DNA of 46,815 nucleotides, the filler included, from Catajapyx aquilonaris (taxonomy: Eukaryota): NCBI GenBank assembly GCA_000934665.2. It is 2 parts of 2 records of this genome, joined end to end, with 100 filler letters (N's around TTAATTAATTAA, not from the genome) between each part and the next. Parts side by side here need not be neighbours in the genome. Positions count along the whole stretch, not along the records: positions 23,460 to 46,815 come from JYFJ02005697.1; 1 more part is not named here. The stretch is one strand, 5' to 3'. Shown here piece by piece: positions 39,181-46,815 of this stretch; the first letter of the stretch is position 1; each line of letters starts with the position of its first letter. Made by a program: the position numbers and the translations under genes. Under the pieces are notes generated by a model. That model was not told the origin of the DNA. It did no database searches and saw only the letters and a list, made by a program, of their open reading frames with translations.

Positions 39181-40170
39181 TCACAAAGGCCAAGACTGAC
39201 GTATGAATATTTTGATCATTGCCGGTTCGTTTCGTTTATTCGCAATGATTCCCCAGGTCAGTGCTCTCCTCGCTTTCAGGAAGAGACATTCAAAACTGCC
39301 TCCTGGTTTCAGGAATATTCTATAGTCCTTGTCGTGGAAGCTGGTTTTGTACCTCAATGAGAATGAATGTCGCTGAAAGGTGATTTCGCACATAGACGAC
39401 AAAAGTGGCATAGCGTCGTTCTTTTCTTTTCTAACTCTGAATGTACTTTCAAAATTGTACATCTCTTTGGCCGTGAGCATGACAGCACTGCAACCTACTG
39501 CAGACTCCTTGCACACATTGCAGAAGTCAGTCACGTCGTACACATTACGGACGCTGCGTAGTTTTTGCTCTATCTTTCCATGAATCCCATCTGCAGCCAT
39601 GTAGGTGTGGCCTGGTACGAGGCAACGTAATGAGATTTCATTGGCTGCTATTCTGCTGCTGTTGACTGCTGCCATCAAAGCTGTAAAAAGGACGTAATTC
39701 TTGTTTTGGGCTGAGCAATTATCCAGCCATAATAATGATGATGATCTCCTTGTCACGAACAGTGTCCAGGAATCTTATGAAAGCGCTGGCAATGTCCGTT
39801 GCACTCCTCCCTGCTTCAGCTTCATGCCAAACAACACACAAGTGCTGCTTACTACTTGGGGCTGAATTTTTTGACATATTAGCAAAAGTCTCGTTAACTA
39901 ATACCAGGCGAGACGCAAAAAATGATGATTTCACATCAGGCATCCTCGGTAAAAGCACTACTTTCTGCAAGTCAGCTGCGTACACACAAATCTTGGGAAG
40001 GTTAATGGCCGAGTCGGAATCATACTGGGCTCGGGCTTCAGACACCTGCAGCATGTGAATCCTCTTGTTTTCTTCGCTACCTGGATTCATTTCATAGGAC
40101 ATACATTCCTGACACTTGTCTACGTTCGGAATGTTGAAGTAAATGTTCATGTCACGAAGCGTTCTCCTAT
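39181..40170 (-). pseudogene. Sola1-like transposase fragment, frameshifted
   Basis: DKCQEC, ADLQKVVLLP, WHEAEAGRSATDIAS, WLDNCSAQNKN, PGHTYMAADGIHGKIE. Confidence 0.75.
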
Positions 40171-40171
40171 A

Positions 40172-40380
40172 CAGGGTGTATCGGAACTCGACCATAAGCC
40201 ATGTGCCAATGGCATAAGGGGCACCAGAGCATCATTATATGTAGAGGCGTCATCATGTCTAGGCAGCCACATCACGTAGATAATTGATCATTTGCGAAGT
40301 AGCGATTGCGCTTAAGTGCGATTGTAGAATAGCAGTGCCAAGTGCCATTGCTCTTACAAATTAGCAGCTATTTCGTTACC
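40172..40380. mobile_element. Half of a MITE related to 10925-11327
   Basis: TA|CAGGGTGT...; shares ATGTAGAGG.GTCAT and AGATAATTGATCATTTGCGA..TAGCGATTGCGC. Confidence 0.75.
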
Positions 40381-40519
40381 CGAATCCGCCGGAGGCTGAT
40401 TGCGCAGGTTCATATAACAATAATAATATGCACCCATGCATGAAATGGAATTAGACAACCCCTCGCCCTCAAAAGTCGACAAAATGGCTCCCCAATTCAT
40501 GCGGAATCATTTAGTTCAC

Positions 40520-42660
40520 TTACAACTCGGCAAGGCGAGCCCATTCCATAGATTGTACAAAGTAACCAATGAGTGTTAAGGACAAATTGCAATAATAATT
40601 GTGACACACATTGTTCATGATGTTGACAGTCACGGATGACACCACACATTTTCCAGAAACGTACAGGTGGCACACATTTAACTGCAAAATGTACAGAGAG
40701 ACTTGCACTTGTGTGTAGTATCTGTGTGAAACCTTTAATGTCCAACTACCTTCACCATCCTGCTGTAAATATTCTAGGTTGCTAATACCACCCTCCACAA
40801 CACTCTGCTTCTCACACCTGCTGGGACACTTGATCTCCAAAAGAATCATCCCCTCCTCTGTGAAGACCAAGCCGTATGGGCTGCAGCAAAGCCATGGTTG
40901 TTTTGAGGAAATGTACACTCCAATGTGCGCGACACAACACTTGTACTTGGTTTTGTACTCAGCCAAGGCCACTGGCTTCATGATAATTCCATACCGCATG
41001 GATTTTGTGCACACATTTTTTGCATGCAAAAACCTTGCTGCCAGGAGGTCAAAGGATTTCCTCCTTGTCTTGATGTTGTGACCTCAGTAGGGAACACAAG
41101 AAAAATCGTGGGTTCAGTCAAGACAGTGTTTTAATAGCAAGAATAGGAAAAAGGGTATGACGAGTGGGCGCAACCTCCCACCCGGGCCGATCAGTTACCT
41201 CCCCGAAGGGAGAGAGACCAAAAAGCCTTGATTCTATAACGGGAGCAGTTCATATAGGTCGGAACCAAGAGGGGTGCATGATGGGATACCCTCGTCTCTA
41301 CTAGTCAGACGTCAGGCTGGAGATCTACTAGGGTAGGGAAATGGGTATACCGTATACGTACATCAAGGACAAAGTGCACAATGGGCATATGTAACAGGAT
41401 TCTCATCAGACGTAAATACAGATGGAGATGATACACAAAAGAAACTTAGGGCGTGCCACCTGTTCCCCCAGAGGGTAAGGTCACAATGTCATGAGCCTTA
41501 GACCCCGCTGACACTCTCACCTTTCTTTCCAATTCCCATGATGTCTGGTCTCGTGTCATCACTGCAACTCTTCGTATGTCGTCAGCACTCAGGGAGATCT
41601 TCGATGCATAGTAGTCTTGGTTGGAGCTTGATAAACTATTGAAGAAGTCATGACGAACCAACTTCACTTTTGTTCCACACTCCGACTGAACGGGGGCGTA
41701 CAAGTGATAACTCACACCTGCACTACATCCTTCCTGCAATAGATCTAATGCTTGGTCCATCACTTTAGTTTCTGCAGCATCTGCGGCTCTTGCAATGAGG
41801 CTGTCTATGACTTGAGACACAACAATTCTTGCCTCGCTCTCACACTCGGCCTTTAAAACTTTTGACAATGAGCAGTCTATTCCAGAAACTACTTGTAGGA
41901 TTTGATGCGCAGTCCAGTCTGATGTCGTGTGAACAGGTGGTGCAGGAGGTGGCAGGTGATGGATTTCTGACAGGGTTGTCCCCTTCGCATACTTCCCCAG
42001 CTGAGTTGCAGTTGGCATCCCCCATTGTCTTGCTTCTGTCGTAACAGACTGGTCGCGTTCCAGGTTCACCGCATTCATTGCTGCTGCTGCTACATGTTTG
42101 CAGGTGCCACATGCTCCACCCTTGCACGAACAGTGTCCACTGACAATGTTCCTGTCACAGTCAAGCTAGAGTTGGAAATTATAAATGTTTACAAAAAATG
42201 GGGTTTCTCTTGTACAAAATGTCTGCATGATAACCCAGAAATAGCCAGTCCGCCAGTTAATTGTAGTTAAAATGTGGCGCAGCAGCTCTGAAGTGTCAAG
42301 GGTCCTTTACTTATATTCCATTATTGTTACTGCGAGCTTGCATCACTTGTTGTTTGAAGTCAAATGAAAGTACATTTACTTGCATGTTTTCCAGGCTAAC
42401 TCAAACTGTGGCCACAATAAGTGGCTCCTGGCCAGATCTCTGGCCAAAGCTAGGTCGTTGTACTGTACAGTAATGCGGAACCTGTAAGGAGCCTTGTTGA
42501 CAGACGTTTCCGGTACGCAGGTACCGGACACGGTGCTGTCGTCTCCGAGCGAAGGAAATTCCTCCTTCAGATGCCCGACATGCCCGGCATTGTACAGGTC
42601 CAGGCCGTGCTTAAGGACTCCAGATCGAAGATGCCCCCGTACATGAATGGGTCGAAAGCC
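40520..42660 (-). pseudogene. Second SWIM plus YqaJ-like gene, split by a solo LTR
   Basis: GHCSCKGGACGTCKHVAA (~42130-42085), WELERKVRVSAGSKAHD|IKTRRK, SMRYG, PWLCCSPYGLV, LEIKCP, YYTQVQ. Confidence 0.85.
41077..41485 (-). mobile_element. Solo LTR (409 bp)
   Basis: TGTGACCT...AGGTCACA termini; 4-bp TSD ATGT; excision restores the YqaJ reading frame. Strand inferred only from ATTAAA on minus. Confidence 0.85.
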
Positions 42661-43037
42661 AACGGCGATCGTGACTACCGGGGGCGGCCCTGATAGTCGG
42701 CCCTGAAGAATTTCTGGCGTCTCCCATTCCCAAAAAACCTTGGGGCAGCCCAGGGGCGGCCTCTGATCACTGCGGTAGTGGTGTCAAGAGCTACCTACAC
42801 TAGTGAAAAGGGCGGATCGGCACTGAAGTGGGAAAAACGAGCCCAAACGTTTACGCCCGATCCGCCGCCAGGAGGCAGTGCAAGCCATCTTAGACCTCGG
42901 CCAGCGTGCTCTCGAATAGGAATGATAAGATCCTACAAAATTTTGAACTGCGACAAGTCCACACTAAATGTCAACTGCTCACGTTGCCGCAGGGAACCTC
43001 CACACTCCGTTTCAAATAACGCACTCTCACTTCTTCA

Positions 43038-43235
43038 CTATCCATGGGTGAATGCTTTTGGGAATGCCTGGCCTACTAATTCAGCTATGTCATATATTGA
43101 CAGGGTTTTGCCACAATTCATGTTCATCCATGCACTGCATGCCTGATTATAATAAGTCTTAAATGGGCCAAACACTGTCCTATCCAGAGGTTGGAGCTTG
43201 TGGCTAGTGTGTGGAGGCATGGTAAGCAGGACAAT
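43038..43235 (-). pseudogene. pogo/DDE_1 transposase fragment
   Basis: LTMPPHTSHKLQPLDRTVFGPFKTYY. Confidence 0.88.
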
Positions 43236-43607
43236 TCGCCGGTTTATTACTACGTAGTTCTAACTCCACTTTTGATGAAGCTGAGACATTTGAAGTCAAA
43301 GTTTGGACAGCACGACAATTGGACCATGAACATTGAAATGTAATGAGTTAATTTTTGCACTACCGTGGCTTACATACCTTACTCATATTTTGTGTTTCAC
43401 TGTCCCAATGTCATTGTCGTTGTCTGTAACAGCAGCAACAATGGTGGAGTTGGAACTTTTGAAATTACCTATTTGAATTTTTCCAGAATCACGAAAGTCT
43501 AACTCCAACCATTTCATGTTTCTGTCGGGAGTACAGGTATAAATAATAATACTGCTATCCTGCAGAACAATGTTGTTTATTTCTAGCAGAATACAATCAT
43601 GCCATTA

Positions 43608-45265
43608 TTATTTTTTCGTTTTCTTGCCAGCCTTTCCAAGTATGGATGTGTAGAAATCTTTGTCTACTTTGGGCATGTACTTATACAATGATCTTACATC
43701 CTTAGCCTTGTCCTGCGGGACACTAGGAACAGGCATGTCATGGATCGGGATTTTCAATTGCGAGAACTCCTTTGGCTGCTTGGTTTTATTTTTCCTGCCC
43801 TTTGGTGTGATACAAAATGGGACAGTAGCTACTGGACTGAAGGGATCGTGGGACGTCTTGCACTGCATCTGACTATCTGTGTGAATGATATGCTTAGCTG
43901 TCGCATAGGGAACTTGTGAAAAATCCAGAGGCATATTTCGTGAACTATCCTTGTAGTCCTTGAAATCGCTGCGGTGCATGCGGCAAACAATATACTTCTT
44001 AACACTTCGTACATTCAGTATGGCTCGTACCATTCCCAATGGACTGAAAATTTCCTGCTTTGACAGGCAGTGCTCAATGACCGAATGCATTGAGTCAACT
44101 TCTTGCACGCATGAATGACCTGGTTGTTGGTACTTTTGTTCAATGAACTTGACTTGCGGATTGCTCTGCATGAACAGCAGCAGTGCCGTTGACATGATGC
44201 GATTTTTATTTTGCGGCACACATGAATCCGACCACATGATTATGCGTGAAATATGTGGTTTCCCTGTCAATGCCTCTGTGAGAAGTCTAACTACAGCACT
44301 CGCAATTGCATTTCCTGATCTATCTCCTATGCCTTCCCACCACAGACAACAATAACCTTGTTTTGCCCCAACATCGTAGCCTGTCAAGTTGAACACTGAT
44401 ATCTTCCTTTTGTAATAGAAGCTACTGGTGTTACTTTTTGGACTCTGTAAGACTTTCTGGAGGTCAAAGACAAACAACAAAGTATCCTCATTTATACTCT
44501 CCTTGTCCGCACACTTAGCCTGCCTAGCATGGCCCTTCTCTGAGATATGTTCCTTCCACTTAGCTTTCAAATCTGTATCTGATTGTTCAGATGCATTCCA
44601 TTCCATGCAATGATCGCACTGATCCTTTTTTCTGGTATGGAAGGAAATGTTGAAGTTACTCTTTAGGATTTTCCTGTAGCTGTGGACCTTCACAGCGACT
44701 CGGCCTAGCTTTGCACATTTCTCTTTGTACAAATCATACATCTTAGGAAAGGAAAGTTGGTCACTAAGGTACTCCTTACCTGTATCCTGGCGGCAAAAAT
44801 GAGAGGAGACTCTGGGAAATGAGTTCATGTGCTCAATGACAAATTCTTTGTCTGCAATAGGCAGAGATTTCTTCGCATGCTTCCCTTGCTGACTTGGACA
44901 CGGTGTACCTGTGGTGCTGTTCCTATGCTTGTGAGCATTGTACACTCGAGTTTGGGATACATCAAGAGTGGCCAAGTAGAATGGCTTACATACTTTGATG
45001 CTGTCTCCAGTGTCAGCAGCTAAAAAAGAATATTGAAAGGAGAACTGTCTCCTTGATGTGGGGCGTTTAACATCTCTTTCGCGAACCTTCTTCGCCTTTC
45101 TTGTTGTGTTCAGGAAAATTTGAATTTTGTCTGGGTTTGCCAGACTCCAAAACTCTGCATGAATTGCTGCTCTGCCTGCACTGTCTATTCTCTCTGAGCA
45201 TTTGAACCTACAGCTCTGTGCACACCTATTAACATCTGGCACTTCCCTGGCTTTGTGCAGCTTTC
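43608..45265 (-). mobile_element. Sola1-like transposase, uninterrupted ~550-codon frame lacking its native N-terminus
   Basis: VCKPFYLATL, SSHFCR, KKDQCDHC, FDLQKVLQSP, YYKRKI, WWEGIGDRSGNAIAS, WSDSCVPQNKN, PGHSCVQEVDSMHSVIE. Superfamily label from motif recall. Confidence 0.8.
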
Positions 45266-46236
45266 CTCTCTCAGCGTTGAGACACATAGGTACTATGGGC
45301 GCCAAAAGAATTGACCGGAGTTTATGGGTATATAGCGCCATATACCCATCAAATCCGGTCAATTCTTTTGGCGCCCATAGTACATCTTGCATACTGTGCA
45401 GATAACCCTGGAACGCCCTTTACATCCCTCTAACGTCTAACCGACAACGGCTGGCGTGCTTGTCATCCAACATCTGAGGAAGGTGCATGAGGCTTTTACT
45501 CTTCCTCTTTTCCCTGCTCGGCTTAGGAATGACCTTCCTTCTTACATCCTCTACCTCACTATCGCTGCTCACATTGCTCTCATCCCTCCCCACACAATAC
45601 ATTAAGGCCTCCGCCACATGAAAACGAAATTGCATCAATTTCATTACATTCTTACTTTGCACCCCCTGATTCACTTGGTCCCGCCTGTATTGCCCCCATG
45701 AATTCGCAAGTGCCAGGTCTGCAAAATGTAGAATCAACCGTACCGTCCGTTTTTTTTGTCTTATTTTTGATACGGTAGTGACTGATCATGCGATCCGCTA
45801 GAAGGCTAGATCAACCCCCCCCCCCCTCCCCCATGTGGCTATTGTACTTTTTTACCACCAATGGTCTGGTAACTTTAATGATTTTTTTTTCCTTCTTACT
45901 CCACCTTGTGCAAAATCTGTCGGGTTTTTCCCCATACCTGTGGACCCCAGAACAATCCCTTTATTGTCATACCACTTTGTGACATTCACCTCCCCGTCAG
46001 AGCGTACAGATTGCTCAATAGCACCTCGACCTTTTTTGGCCATTTCTTTATCGGTTCCTAGCTTTGTTTCTTTTGGTATCCGATTTTTAGCCATAGTTCC
46101 AGTCCCTGTGTATCCCTGTTCCTTCAACAAATCTAAAAGCGGAATTGATGTGAAAAATCTATCAATGAAAATGTGTGTTCCTGGGGGAGCAGTACGACTC
46201 AAATGCAAAACAGCTCCACTTGCCACACCCGGGTAA
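45266..46236 (-). pseudogene. piggyBac (PGBD-like) transposase C-terminal fragment, frameshifted
   Basis: IFIDRFFTSIPLL, GTGTMAKNR, KWYDNKGIVLGST, DLALANSW..YR, cysteine-rich tail SRCR...ICTVCKMYLC. Confidence 0.9.
45293..45380. mobile_element. 88-bp hairpin mini-MITE with TA TSD
   Basis: TA|CTATGGGCGCCAAAAGAATTGACCGGA...TCCGGTCAATTCTTTTGGCGCCCATAG|TA. Confidence 0.9.
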
Positions 46237-46456
46237 TTCCAGGACAGTTCAACCAGATCATAACACCCCTCATTTTTTTATTTAAACGAAAATTGGCGCA
46301 CAGTACTTTAATCACAATAGTAGCGTAAAACTAATTTTTGTTTCCCCCTACTCTGTCAAGGTCAAGCGTGAAGTCAAGGTCAAAAAAATGTATGGAGTGA
46401 AAATAGGTCTCTGCATTTCTTGCCATATCTCAGGAACGACTGGATCTATCGCAACA

Positions 46457-46815
46457 GGGTCATTCCATGTCAATTCACCGAGCCCCCTGACCCTTGGGTT
46501 GTCAGATTTTGACGAAAATCGGCGAATCGCTTTAATTACGTCTTTCAAAAATACCATTTGAGCGGTTTTGAGATTTACCCCCCCTCCCCGGAGATAGGCC
46601 CACCGAAAAAAACGTCCTTTTCGGAAGGTAGGGTTTCAGAAATCGGTCATATCTCGTGAACCAATTGAGCTACAGATGTCATAGACCGCTCCCTTTGAAG
46701 AGATTCGAGAGCCCAATATCACTAAGGATTGAAAATTCGCATTTTGACTTTTTTGAAAATTTTGTCCCATTTTCAAAATTTCAATTTTTTTTAAAAAAAA
46801 ATCCGCCTATTTTAA
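46457..46815. mobile_element. Probable terminus of a long-TIR DNA element running off the window
   Basis: Starts GGGTCATTCCATGTCAA, identical to 36977. Confidence 0.45.

Noticed and set aside
35222..41029. Prophage or lambda-Red-like recombination system
   Set aside because: The genes have spliceosomal introns and SWIM fingers, there are no phage genes, and they match the known ISL2EU accessory ORF.

Overview
Eukaryotic, animal (arthropod-like) genomic DNA; no prokaryotic features. A 100-bp scaffold gap at 23360-23459 (with an artificial TTAATTAATTAA linker) splits the window. Left half: a ~320-bp tandem repeat whose units each carry branch-point/acceptor/donor motifs; a three-level nest (tRNA-SINE > RTE-type LINE > internally deleted Mag-like Ty3/gypsy element with both LTRs and TSD); two spliced host genes on the minus strand (a divergent tektin with unresolved 5' end, and a complete five-exon Mlc-c-like essential myosin light chain); and many MITEs, SINEs and microsatellites. 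Right half (~23 kb): a dense patchwork of truncated transposon coding fragments (pogo/DDE_1, ISL2EU transposase and its SWIM-YqaJ partner genes, hAT-Buster, Sola1-like, P/THAP9-like, Harbinger, Mag gag-protease, piggyBac). All 13 confidently identified fragments lie on the minus strand and several abut directly without termini. That strand bias suggests a uni-strand, flamenco-like piRNA source locus unusually dominated by DNA transposons. This is the most interesting observation and is an inference that needs small-RNA data. Family names come from motif recognition by eye, not database searches.
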